DNA of 61,617 nucleotides from Octopus bimaculoides (GCF_001194135.2 NC_068999.1:28305541-28367157), one strand, 5' to 3'. Counted from the first letter of the stretch, positions 24,676 to 36,768 are shown. Numbers and translations are program-made. The notes: generated by a model from the letters alone, not told the origin.

Positions 24676-26899
24676 AGACATTATTTCTCACCCAGACCCA
24701 TACTAAGTCAGTGTAGCCATACTGTACTAATCTGTTGCATCTAGGAGAGCTAAAAAAGGTACAGGGACTGTCTCTTCTTTCTAGACTAGCAAAAATTTTC
24801 TGATTCAGCAGATGTATTTAATTTAGCATTGACCTAGGACAGACAATATTAGGCCAGTCTTCAATACAAAATTCTTGACAGACCTCACTTAGGAAGAAAA
24901 CATGCTTCTAGAAACATAATGTTATACTGATTGGAAAGCTATATCTAATGCAATTACTTTCAATAAATTTTTGTGATTTACTGTTCATAAGTGATACTAT
25001 TGCTAAATCAATGTCCACATTAAGAGAGACATGTCTGCCATACCACAAAAATTTAATCTTTAAAACCCCATTTTTAAAGACATGTGTTCAAACCATATGC
25101 TTCAAATTTTTACATGAATAATTTGATCACTGTTATAACTGTATTAAACATGCTTCATATCTCTTAACTGCCATCGTGAACTTCATTTAGTTGGTACATA
25201 TATTATTAGAGTTTAAGTAAATAAAAGTTATTTCCTCAATTTTGTTAGCTACTAAATATTTCTCTTCCTTCAAATATGCCATGAAAGAAGACAAAAAACA
25301 TAACTTTTTTTAAATTTAAACTTTATAAATTACAGGTTGAAAAAGTTTCTGGAAGTGCATCAACTACAGTTAAAAAGAGCAAGCAATGTAAGTTGGAGCA
25401 TTCACATGCATGCACACACAAACACAAACATTTCATCTTCAATTATTGCCTTTCTATTGATGTTTTTGGGGGTTTGATTGCATCATTATCTAAAAAGTCA
25501 AATGTACTTGGAAAAAGAATCTCTTTTAGACTAAAGTAAAAAAAAAAAACAACAAAAAATCTATATTATTTATGTGAATGTAAGAGAGCATTAATGCTGG
25601 AGGAGATGCCTCTATATATGGACAATTGAAAAACACTAAATGACTAAAACACAGTGAACCAGGATATAGTCTGCATTCATGAATGTTAGAGTAATTCATA
25701 TTTAAGTATATACCCTCTAAGTCGTATTACTAGAAGCTGAAAACAAGTTTTCCTCCTTTATTTACTGTTGATAATGTTGCTTATGTATGCAAATTAATAG
25801 TGTGCTAAACTTAACTATCTATCTTACTCATCAATCAACTCAACTCTTTCAACTTTCTTTCATTATTGGCATGGAATGATCCTGAATAACAAGAAAAGGT
25901 AAAATAATAGTTGTGGGAAATAAATATGATTTGAACATAGAACCATTGATAACAAAAATGGTAAATCTTTCCTTTTATAGTACAGAGGAATACATTCAAA
26001 TGCATAAGTTTTAATAGGAAAAAAATATTAGCTAATCATCTTCATTGTCTTATGTCTGCTTTCCATGCTTGCATAAGTTGAACAGGTGGTTGTTGTTTGA
26101 ATCAGCTCTTATTTGGTTCAAGAATCACATCTCACTTTTACATTCCATTTTTGAATTGGTCTCTATGGCTGGATATCCTTCTTAATGTCAACCACTTTGT
26201 AGATTGCATTGGATGCATTTTATCATGGCATCTACTCAAGATAGATTTCTTGTCTTTAGTAAAATTAGAGGGTCCTACATTGTCTCCTTTTGTTTAAGGC
26301 AATCTGATTGAAATAGTAGAGGGGAGTGATGAAAGCAATAGAAAAACCAAAGCAAGAGGATAATACTAGAGAAAATGACAAGAGCCTTTTGTAGGAGGTA
26401 AAGTGACAAAGAGATTGAATATAAGGGAGGTCTGTGAAAGAGGCTGGCATGAAGAGTAGATGATGAGAGATAACATGGGAACAAGAGGTAGAATAGAAGA
26501 GAGATTGATGTGAAAAAGGTGATAAAAAAGGAATGGTGTAATGAGGGAATAAATTATTGTAGCCATAATAGAAGTGAGACTGTAATAGTCAGTTATATGT
26601 TGGCTTTAAGGAAATTGAATAGGAAAATATCATGAATGGTAGAGGAAAAGAGGATGATAGAAGAGAGAGTGATGTATATCAACAATGAGTAACAGTGAAA
26701 GAAATAGTGATGTAAGGAGAAAAGCAATTGATAAATAGCAATAAAGATGAGTACTGGTAAGAGAGACTAAAGAGTATGAAAAATTGATGAGNNNNNNNNN
26801 NTTGATAAATAGCAATAAAGATGAGTACTGGTAAGAGAGACTAAAGAGTATGAAAAATTGATGAGAAGGTAACAAAAAGATAGAGAAAGCTGTAGATGG

Positions 26900-27520
26900 A
26901 GACTTATAGATATTCCAAATCCCATCACCACATCATACCCTTTTTGTTATGCTTGCATGGATGGGTGAGTTTTCTCCAGTTCATGCATTTCCACTCATTG
27001 CAGTTCTTTGTCATATTCCTTCATGAAGTTCAACTGCTTTAGGTCAGTCTTCCCCATTTTGTTCCCTGTTTTCCTATATTTCCCTTTTCTTAGCTTCTGT
27101 TAAGCATACAACACTTGTTTGCATTGCCGACATTTCTGTATACCTCAAATGTTTCCACCAGCATAGTTTTCTCTGTATCACACTGCATCAGACTCTTCTT
27201 ATATTAAGTCTTTTTCTCAGCTCATTTGTGCATTACTGTTTTTGCACACTAGCCTTCACAAATCCTTTACACATCTTGCTTCCATTTGTAGGTTAAGAGA
27301 TGCTAGGTAGAGTGTCTTATTCTTTTCTAAGTGCTTATCCTGAAGTTGACTCATTAGGGAAAGGACAGCAGTAGTAACCCTTCTTGGCACAAAGCTGAAC
27401 TGCATCTCATGCAATTTGTCTTTTACTCTGAGAAAGAAATCCTTTGTTACTAGGGTTCCTTCTAAGCATTTGAGAGAAACTGTTTTATATGTACAGATAC
27501 TGCTCCTGTGCACCTACATT
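26900..27520 (-). mobile_element. Old RTE fragments (RT)
   Basis: EMQFSFVPRRVTTAVLSLMSQLQDKHLEKNKTLYLASLNL is a decayed version of the RT segment at 44300-44480. Confidence 0.5.
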
Positions 27521-27629
27521 TGAAGCTTATTGCCTATCAGCTTACATGTGAAGGCATTTTACTGCTTGTATGTCTATAGATTACTCTGGGTAGATCATAT
27601 GGAATTATTACTTCCTCTTTTATTGTATA

Positions 27630-28377
27630 CTAGCAGAGATACCCGGCGTTGCCCGTGTTACACGCAATTGAAGAATGAGACTTTTCTGTTATATTTTCTT
27701 TAAGGAACTGGAATACCTATGATTCGAATTGCACATGAGGGTTTTTTCCCTCTTTACACACCCTAAAAAAATTCTAATCATGAAACATTTATCCCATACT
27801 ATTGATCTTTATGCACATATTCCAAAATTCCAGTCTTCTGGAACCTATAAAAAGGATTTTGCTCATGAAAAATGGAGCTCATGGAGCTCTAAAATGTGGG
27901 AATGAAGGCCCCTATTGGGGGTGGGTGTGTTAATATCAACCAGAGAAGTTGAATTATTGGGAATGTTTTTAACTTGGGTCTTATAGTATGCCTGTATATA
28001 TGTGAGAGTATAGTTTCACTTTAAATAGTTTCAGTATGAAATTGAAAGTATCTGACATAACAGTAGCGACATGTTATTGTTTCACTTTTGACACGTAATA
28101 GTGAAATAGTGGAATAGTTTCAGTATTAAAGTGAAAGTATCTGACATTACAGTAGAGTGATGTTATTGTTTCACTTTTGACACGTAATACTGAAATAGTG
28201 GAGGAGATATGATATTGCTGTGGTCTCGAACTATGCAAGAAGTTAAAAATTTCTTTGGCCTAAGACACTACATGGACCCTAAGTAAGGCATGTGTAAATT
28301 TGGAATGAAATTGGTTGTGTAGTTCTCGAGTTTTAGGTATTCACACAGACACACATTCTCATCTTTATATATATAGA
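27630..28377 (-). mobile_element. Non-autonomous Helitron with both termini
   Basis: Minus strand starts A|TCTATATATATAAAGATGAG and ends with hairpin cgggcaacgccggg followed by CTAG|T. Confidence 0.85.
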
Positions 28378-28439
28378 TATATATACACACACACACACAT
28401 ATATGTATATGTATATCAATATAATTACATGAAAGTCAA

Positions 28440-30144
28440 TGAATTTTGGTAAAAACAAAAGGTGATCATGTACATACTTTCTTGCTGTTGTGATTAGAAC
28501 ACCTCGTTGTAAACAATATTCCTTGTTTTTCCTTGTGGAGCATATGCAAATAGGTTTGTTTTGCTTCCCACTCTTGAGCAGCCGACATACAGTTGTCCAT
28601 GTGAGAAGCAGGGCTCTTCCAAGAGAAGACCAGCCGCAGAAAGAGTTTGAACCTGAGATTTGTTAATGGACATGGCAAATGTGAAACGAAGGGTAATTGC
28701 AGTCTCCTGAATGTAAAAGGAATGTCTGCTCCTGGTGGAGTAAGAGGAATTCTTGGAATAAAGATGTCATCACCTTTTCCACATCCAGAAAGAATGGGAG
28801 CCTCGATAACGTGTGACATCATCTTCTTTATTCGAATTTCATCATTCGAATTTCATCAAATTGCATATGAGGGTTCTTTCCTTCTTTACACACCCTAAAA
28901 AAATTCTAATCATGACACATGTATCCCATATGACTGATATTTATGTGCACATACCAAAATTTCAGTATTATGGACCCTGTAAAAAGGATTTTGCTCCTGA
29001 AAATGGAGCTAATGAAGCTGAAAAATGTGGAAGTTAAGGCCCCTATTGGGGGTGGGTGTGTTAATGTCAACCAGAGAAGTTGAATTGTTGGGAATCTCTT
29101 TAACTTGGGTCTTATATATATTGTTTGAATTTCTTTGAAATAGGAAATATATGTATGTTCACTGGGTTTGTAAAAGAGAGCAAAGGAAACCAAAAGACGA
29201 ATGATCACGATAATCAGTCAGCTACCGTAGCCTAGTCGTTACTACTCCCCAATGTAGGATTCCTCACCATACAGGTGACAGGCACAGCTGTAAGATGCAT
29301 TATGGATCTATAGCAATTGGAAGGGCATGACCCAATTGAAATAACAATGTGTGACGTTTGGAGTAAAGGGAAATGAAAGTGTCGCCTCTGGNNNNNNNNN
29401 NNNNNNNNNNNNNNNNNNNNNNNNNNNNNNNNNNNNNNNNNNNNNNNNNNNNNNNNNNNNNNNNNNNNNNNNNNNNNNNNNNNNNNNNNNNNNNNNNNNN
29501 NNNNNNNNNNNNNNAGTGAATCATTGGAGGCAAAGATGCGTCTCATTTACTTGACAATCTATGCACCACATTGCAGAAATCACAATGTAAGTATATCTGA
29601 AAGGATAGTCTTACACTGTTGTACCGTTGAAATACAAATAATGCTCATCTGTTATGTTCGGGTGACCTTATAACTTCCAATAGTACAACTGTATTCGTCT
29701 TTGCTTAGGAAAAATGACTAAATTGTGGGTGTGAAGTGCCCATGAAGGGGTCTTTTTAACTTCTAAGAAGAAGAAATTTTAGAAATATTACTTTATTTGT
29801 GTGTAATATGTATGGTTAAAATTTCATCAACATCAAAAATATATGAATTTTGAATGGGGTTATAGCCATTATGCATAGAATATAATTTCCAAATTTCATA
29901 AAGATCCATTCAGTACTTTTGACGTAGTTTTGGATATAAAAAACAATGACTGTGTGTGCATGTGTATGTGTGTGTGTGTGGGTGAATATATGTATAGATA
30001 TCTGTGTGCATGTATATATGTGTATATATATGTCTACATATTACATATACATCTACAGATATGTATACATATACATGTATGCATATAGATCTATACCTAT
30101 ATATATATCTATACATGTACATGTACATCTATATATATACATAT

Positions 30145-30196
<52 letters not shown>

Positions 30197-31301
30197 NNNN
30201 NNNNNNNNNNNNNNNNNNNNNNNNNNNNNNNNNNNNNNNNNNNNNNNNNNNNNNNNNNNNNNNNNNNNNNNNNNNNNNNNNNNNNNNNNNNNNNNNNNNN
30301 NNNNNNNNNNNNNNNNNNNNNNNNNNNNNNNNNNNNNNNNNNNNNNNNNNNNNNNNNNNNNNNNNNNNNNNNNNNNNNNNNNNNNNNNNNNNNNNNNNNN
30401 NNNNNNNNNNNNNNNNNNNNNNNNNNNNNNNNNNNNNNNNNNNNNNNNNNNNNNNNNNNNNNNNNNNNNNNNNNNNNNNNNNNNNNNNNNNNNNNNNNNN
30501 NNNNNNNNNNNNNNNNNNNNNNNNNNNNNNNNNNNNNNNNNNNNNNNNNNNNNNNNNNNNNNNNNNNNNNNNNNNNNNNNNNNNNNNNNNNNNNNNNNNN
30601 NNNNNNNNNNNNNNNNNNNNNNNNNNNNNNNNNNNNNNNNNNNNNNNNNNNNNNNNNNNNNNNNNNNNNNNNNNNNNNNNNNNNNNNNNNNNNNNNNNNN
30701 NNNNNNNNNNNNNNNNNNNNNNNNNNNNNNNNNNNNNNNNNNNNNNNNNNNNNTATATATATATACTTGTATATATACTTGTATATATATACATGTATAT
30801 GGATACATTTGTGCAGATATATATATGCATGTATGTATGTCTGTATATATGTGAGAGTATAGTTTCACTGTAGTAGTCTCAATATGAAAATGGAACCATT
30901 AAAGTGAAAGTATCTATCATTACAGTATGGAAATGTGATTGTTTCAGTTTTGATACTGAAATTGTTTTTTTACTGTCAGTGTTTCTCCTTCTTTTCTTTT
31001 TGTATTTGTTGTTGGATCGTTCGTAAAGGTTCATAAGAGAAAGTAGGAGTTGAAAGGATTTGTAAAAGTATTAGAAAGAGGAAATTAGATTTTATTAGAA
31101 GGGAAAATGTTAATTTGTGTAGTTTTATGGATTTTATTCATAATTAGGAGTTATTTTGACTGAAAAAATGACTCTGTTACATAAGTTATGGTATTTAGAA
31201 TATTAATTGCGATTCTTTCATCCAAGAAATTTGGAATTGTGTAAATGTATAAATTTTAAACATACACACACACACAGAAAATCTGCCTTTTATAGATAAG
31301 A
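28440..31301 (-). mobile_element. Helitron-derived block with helicase remnant, no own 3' end seen
   Basis: 5' end A|TCTTATCTATAAAAGGCAG at 31301. 28490-28822 encodes HVIEAPILSGCGKGDDIFIPRIPL...FSHGQLYVGCSRVG. Segments 28850-29120 and 30840-30960 are paralogous to the neighbouring Helitron. Continuity across two gaps is assumed. Confidence 0.6.
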
Positions 31302-31724
31302 TTAAGTACAACCGTTTCCCTGAAAACAGCAATCTTTTTTTTTTCTTTTGCTTCCTAAAACTTTATTCTTTGCTGAATTTACTTTGAGGCCTCTTGATTC
31401 TTGGTTTTACTTCCATGAATCTTCTACAAATACTGCTAGATCATCAGCATTTTCTAGAGTACTTTAATTAACTTGAACCCCGATAGTTATCTACTTGCAC
31501 ACTACATTCTTCAATAAGCTAATTTCTAACTCTCACCTTGCTGCCTGCCCCTCTACCCTCACAAGCCAGTCATCTACCTCTAGTTTCTAAACTGGAGTGC
31601 ATGGAACCCAGTCAAGAACCTTCTGTAGGTTAACAGATGCTAGGTAAAGTGTCTTATTCTTTGCTAAGTACTTACCCTAAAATTGACTCATTATTGAAAG
31701 GACAGCAATAGTAACTCCGCCTCG

Positions 31725-32950
31725 TCATCATCATTATTTAGCTTCCATTGTCCATGCTGGCATGGGTTGGACTGTTTGACCGGGGCTGGTAAGCTGAGTG
31801 GCTGCACCAAACTTCAGTCTGATTTGGCATGGTTTTTACAACTGGATGCCATTCTTAACACCAACCACTCCAAGAGTGTAATGGGTGCCTTTACATGCCA
31901 CAAGCACAGGTGCCAGTTGCATGACACCAGTATCTGCCACAACTACAATTTCACTTGGCTGGATGGGTCTTCTTCTCAAGCACAGCATATTGCTAAAGGT
32001 CTTAGTCATTAGTCATTGCCTCCGTGAGGCCCAGTGCTCACAAATTGCTTTTTATGTGCCACCATTACGTGTGCTAGTTATGCAACATCAGCACCGGCCA
32101 CATTGCCTCTGTGAGGCCCAACGCTTGAAAGCTGTTTTTTTTACTTACCACCAACACAGGTACCAGTTACATGACATTGGCAACAGCTACAACTAGGATT
32201 TCACTTGGCTTGATGGCTCTTCTCAAGCACAGCATATCACCAAAGGTCTCGGTCACTAGTCGTTGCCTCTGTGAGGCCCAACATTTGAAGATTATGCTTC
32301 ACCATCACGTCCCATGTCTTCCTGGGTCTCTCTCTCTCTCTCTCTCTCTCTCACAGCTTCCTTCCACTGGTCGAGATCAGCTCTTTTACACCATGTGATG
32401 CCTTTTATGCCCAGCTTTTCTCTCAAGATGTTTACACTCTATTGTACATGCACACTGACAATGCACATCCAGCAAGGCATACTAGCTTCATTTCTTTCAT
32501 GCCTACAAATATCCTCGGTAGTCACAGCCCATGTTTTACTGCCATATAGCAAGCTGTTCACACACAGGTATCATACAATCTGCCTTTCACTCTGAGCGAG
32601 AGGACCTTTGTTGCCAACAGAAGTAGGAGCTCTGTAAACTTTTCCTAACCTATTCTTATTCTAGCTGCTACACTCAGAACATCCACCTCCATACTGGGGG
32701 TAATGGAAGCCATCAACTACTTCTAGTTTTCCCCTCTGGCATTTGATGGAGCCTATTTTCTGTACACTTTTAGTGTTTATTGTACCTGTGCACCTTCCAC
32801 ACACAAAAACTAGTTTCCCTGTTAACCTTCCTTTGATATTGTTGCACCTTTTATGTGTCCATAGCTTATGCTGGGCACATCTTATGGAATTTATACCTAA
32901 GCCTTTCCTACAGATCAAGCAGGGCCATCTACCTGAGTGGCTTTTTGATT
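31725..32950 (-). mobile_element. Degenerate RTE LINE: PHD-like finger, RT C-terminus, 3' tail
   Basis: CLICRKGLGINSIRCAQHKLWTHKRC...FVCGRC...KLEVVDGFHY, then decayed C-terminus and tail. Confidence 0.8.
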
Positions 32951-33388
32951 TGTCTGGCCATCTATCTAAGGGATTGAACTGCATTTCATCTTCATTAATT
33001 ATTTCTTTAATTACTGTGTTATAACTCTTTCAGTAGCTTTTGTTGTCTATCACTTCTATATGCCCCTTTTATTGCTTTTCTCTAAAGCATCTTCTTTGCT
33101 CTGGATAGCAGCTAAGAGTGATACAGTTATGTCAGTCATGGGCTGTAATTCTTTGTTTTTTCTGACTGACTATACAAATGACTAGGACATGGTTTAATCA
33201 CCAGATATTTTCAGCATTTCAGCTACTATAACTAATGGTTCTGCTGCCTTCATATCCCTAATTGCTTTTCTCAACTTATAACATGTTAGTAATAACTTCG
33301 TATGGTTTGTAAATTTAAGGGGAAGGATTTTTGGTAATCACATTTAATTTCCAAACATTGTATATTTCTTTCTCAAAATTCTTTTCAG

Positions 33389-33576
33389 TGGAAATGGCTA
33401 TTGCTCGATTCTCTTACCATGCTGAGAATGAAGATGAATTAACATTAAAAGAAGGTGATACCATTACAATTCTTAAAAAAGATCTGGAAGATGTTGGTTG
33501 GTGGAAAGGAGAACTTAATGGGAGAATTGGAGTATTTCCTGACAACTTTGTTGAGATAATTCCTACTCAAGAGGAG
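33389..33576 (+). CDS. SH3KBP1: Internal exon: third SH3 domain of a CIN85/CD2AP (SH3KBP1-family) adaptor
   Basis: ttcttttcag| acceptor (phase 1), GAG|gtgtga donor (phase 0). (V)[57 protein letters not shown] closely matches the SH3C motif DELT.KEGD....K...[19 protein letters not shown]. Exon is solid; the family name is from recalled sequence, and the invertebrate gene would be co-orthologous to SH3KBP1 and CD2AP. Confidence 0.85.
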
Positions 33577-34503
33577 GTGTGAATTAAATCTTACTCTAGA
33601 GATTTTGTTTCCATTTTGTCATCTACATTTTCAGTATTTGTGTGTACTGAATATGCATGTGTGAATATAATTATATAAGTATATGAATATATATATGTTT
33701 CTGTATATTGTGTGTGTGTGTGTGTTTGTATGTGTGTATTATTTAATAGACGCAATGCATGTTCTTATGTGCTTGTAATAGTTTCATATGTTGCGTAATA
33801 CCTCAAACATATTCATCAGGCACAAACCACATATAACAAACTAAAAATTGAATGAGAGAAGAAATGCAAGAAGTTGAGAAGGAAGTATATAGAAAATGTA
33901 GAAGGTTAAAAAACGGAAAATGCAAACGAGAAAGGATTTTTGGTAACCACATTTCATTTCCAAATTAAATATATATTACAGATATGTGCTATAACTCTTT
34001 CAGTAGCTTGTTGTCTATCACTTTTATGCCCCCATAATTGCCTTTCTCTAAGGCATCCTCCTTTACTCTGATAGCAGCTGAGAGTGATTCAGTTATATCA
34101 GTCATATGTGGTTTGTGTCTGATGATTATGTTTGAGGTATTTCTCAACATATCAAACTATTGGTAGCACATAAAAACATGTGTTGTGTCTATTAAATAAC
34201 ATTTCTCACAGATAGCCTACATTTTTTTTGTTGATCATAATATGGAACAGTACATTATATATATATATATNNNNNNNNNNNNNNNNNNNNNNNNNNNNNN
34301 NNNNNNNNNNNNNNNNNNNNNNTATATATATACATATACACAAAAATAAGAGGAATGACCAGCAAAAGTGGACTCCTATATGCTAGAAATAGATGCTGAA
34401 TCATCTAACCACGAAAAATATGTTCTCAGTAAAAACTTAGCAACACAACAGACTGTAAAATGGCAAGACAAATGAAAAAATACTAAATTAAAAAACGATT
34501 AAC

Positions 34504-34568
34504 CTATGTACCATCGTTTCACCTGTTAAAATTTACATAAGTAAATATCTGCAGGATCATCAGCGTAG
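34504..34568 (-). ncRNA. Minimal type I hammerhead ribozyme (copy 1)
   Basis: CUACG-CUGAUGA-U-CCUG[loop]CAGG-U-GAAA-CGAUGG-UA-CAUAG. One mismatch each in stems I and III. Confidence 0.75.
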
Positions 34569-35025
34569 TCTGTCAATTTATAAAATATAATTTCCAGAAC
34601 TAGACACAAGACGTCCACCTGAAAGCAAGCACGTGTAAAGTTCTACAAATTACATTCAGTATATCTTTTCAAATGTCTTCAATCTGGCACGCTAAGTCCG
34701 TAAATAACTCTGCAGTTAATAAAGTTTTGCAGCTAATTTACCGGTTTGAGAACATCATTATTTAAAATTTATTAATAAGGGTAGAAATTGATATTAATCA
34801 ATTAAAACCAGTGGTCTAGCATATTAAAAAAAAATCCGAAGATTAAAATTATATTACATACAAAAATAAGAGGAATGACCAGCAAAAGTGGACTCATGTA
34901 TGCTAGAAATAGATGCCGAATCATTTAACCACGAAAAATGTGTTCTCAGTAAAAATTTAGCGACACAACAGACTGTAAAATGGCAAGACAAATGAAAAAA
35001 TATACTAAATAAAAAAACGATTAAC

Positions 35026-35090
35026 CTACGTACCATGGTTTCACCTGTTAAAATTTACATAAGTAAATATCTGCAGGATCATCAGCGTAG
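35026..35090 (-). ncRNA. Minimal type I hammerhead ribozyme (copy 2, intact)
   Basis: CUACG-CUGAUGA-U-CCUG[loop]CAGG-U-GAAA-CCAUGG-UA-CGUAG. Perfect 5-bp stem I, palindromic stem III ACCAUGGU, GUA triplet. Confidence 0.88.
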
Positions 35091-35238
35091 TCTGTCGATT
35101 TATAAAATATAATTTCCAGAACTAGACACAAGACGTCCACCCGAAAGGGTGCCAGATTGAAGACATTTCAAAGGACACACTGAATGTAATTTCTAGCACT
35201 CTACACGTGCTCCCTTTCGGGTGGACGTCTTGTGTCTA

Positions 35239-36178
35239 ATTGGCTATAGAAATGCTTGTGCAAAACAACTTTTTGCGCTGCCCTGATTATACATAGCAGG
35301 GTAATCCCTTTTNNNNNNNNNNNNNNNNNNNNNNNNNNNNNNNNNNNNNNNNNNNNNNNNNNNNNNNNNNNNNNNNNNNNNNNNNNNNNNNNNNNNNNNN
35401 NNNNNNNNNNNNNNNNNNNNNNNNNNNNNNNNNNNNNNNNNNNNNNNNNNNNNNNNNNNNNNNNNNNNNNNNNNNNNNNNNNNNNNNNNNNNNNNNNNNN
35501 NNNNNNNNNNNNNNNNNNNNNNNNNNNNNNNNNNNNNNNNNNNNNNNNNNNNNNNNNNNNNNNNNNNNNNNNNNNNNNNNNNNNNNNNNNNNNNNNNNNN
35601 NNNNNNNNNNNNNNNNNNNNNNNNAAAAGTTTTCTTATGATGGCTTCTCTTCACTGCCTATTACTTCATTAGAAATCTAAGGATGCACATACGCACATAA
35701 TAGAGAAAAATGAAACAAATATGGACGACTTGCTCCGAAACACCACGGAGTGGGGAACACTTCTCAAAAGTAACCTGCAGTTGTTTCCTTCAAACTTCCT
35801 ACATTTGTAGAAAATTTCACGAAAAAATATTCATTTTCCTGGAATTTAAGTGGAATTTCCGAAAATTGTCCCCCACCCCCTCCCAAAACACTTTCACCGA
35901 ATATTTTTGTATATTTGGAATCTACATAATAAATACTATATGCATAGAAAATTTCATAGAAAAGTATTCATTTTTATGAAAGTTATGACCTTCCAAAGTT
36001 GGGCGGGGTACAACTCTGTAGTTATGCCACATTCATGAACATGAGTTATATTTTTGTGAATGATTGTGTTCACTTGCATGTGTATGCGTTTGAGAGAGCG
36101 AGAGAGGAAGAGGTGGAGAATGGGAGCAATGTGTATGTTGTCACAGATCACGTACGTGTGGTTGTGTGTGTTTTTACG
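35239..36178 (-). mobile_element. Internal part of a Helitron-like repeat related to 59035-60716
   Basis: 35236-35312 is the rc of 60423-60510, and 36030-36178 is the diverged rc of 59590-59900. Confidence 0.55.
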
Positions 36179-36768
36179 NNNNNNNNNNNNNNNNNNNNNN
36201 NNNNNNNNNNNNNNNNNNNNNNNNNNNNNNNNNNNNNNNNNNNNNNNNNNNNNNNNNNNNNNNNNNNNNNNNNNNNNNAATTACTTATCTTAACTTAGCA
36301 GTTCGGCAGAAGACACTGGTAGAATAAGTACTAAGCTTACAAAGAATGAGTCCTGGGATCAATTTGTTCAACTGATGGCGGTGCTCCAGCATGGCCACTG
36401 TCAAATGACTAAAACAAATAAAAGAATTAAAGTATATATATGTGTATGTATAATATGTGTATGTATAATATGTGTATGTATAATATATGTATTTATATGT
36501 ATTTATATACCATATATATAATATATATATACTGTATATATATATATATATACATATAACTCTTCTAAACGCCGGTGTTAAAATGGGGTTAGCTGATGAA
36601 GGAAAATGTTCTCTATGTGGCTTGTGTGTTTTCTGTACTCTGGTTATTATTATTTTCTTGTCTACGTTTTGTTTGCAATGTCCTGTACTCAGATATGCAC
36701 CTATATATACAGGTAGACGTAGGTATGCACATACCTCTACGTATATATGCATATACTCATTTATTATT

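Larger units (their letters stand above)
34341..35238 (-). mobile_element. Retrozyme-like element: about 1.6 tandem units (520-522 bp) with two HHRs and a 5' inversion
   Basis: 34341-34620 repeats at 34861-35147; 35151-35238 is an inverted copy of 34605-34690; the 3' end abuts (TA)n; no intact ORF. Confidence 0.85.

Noticed and set aside
24745-24758. Possible 14-nt microexon giving RAKK|VEMA before the SH3 exon
   Set aside because: Phase fits, but the donor (gtacag) and pyrimidine tract are weak and such matches arise by chance; needs RNA-seq.
26740-26870. Short direct repeats across tiny gaps (also 48880-49050 and 55840-55945)
   Set aside because: Exact repeats either side of about 10 N; assembly overlap is the simpler explanation.
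36590-36620. CUGAUGA-AG-GAAA motif
   Set aside because: No stem II, III or I can be formed.
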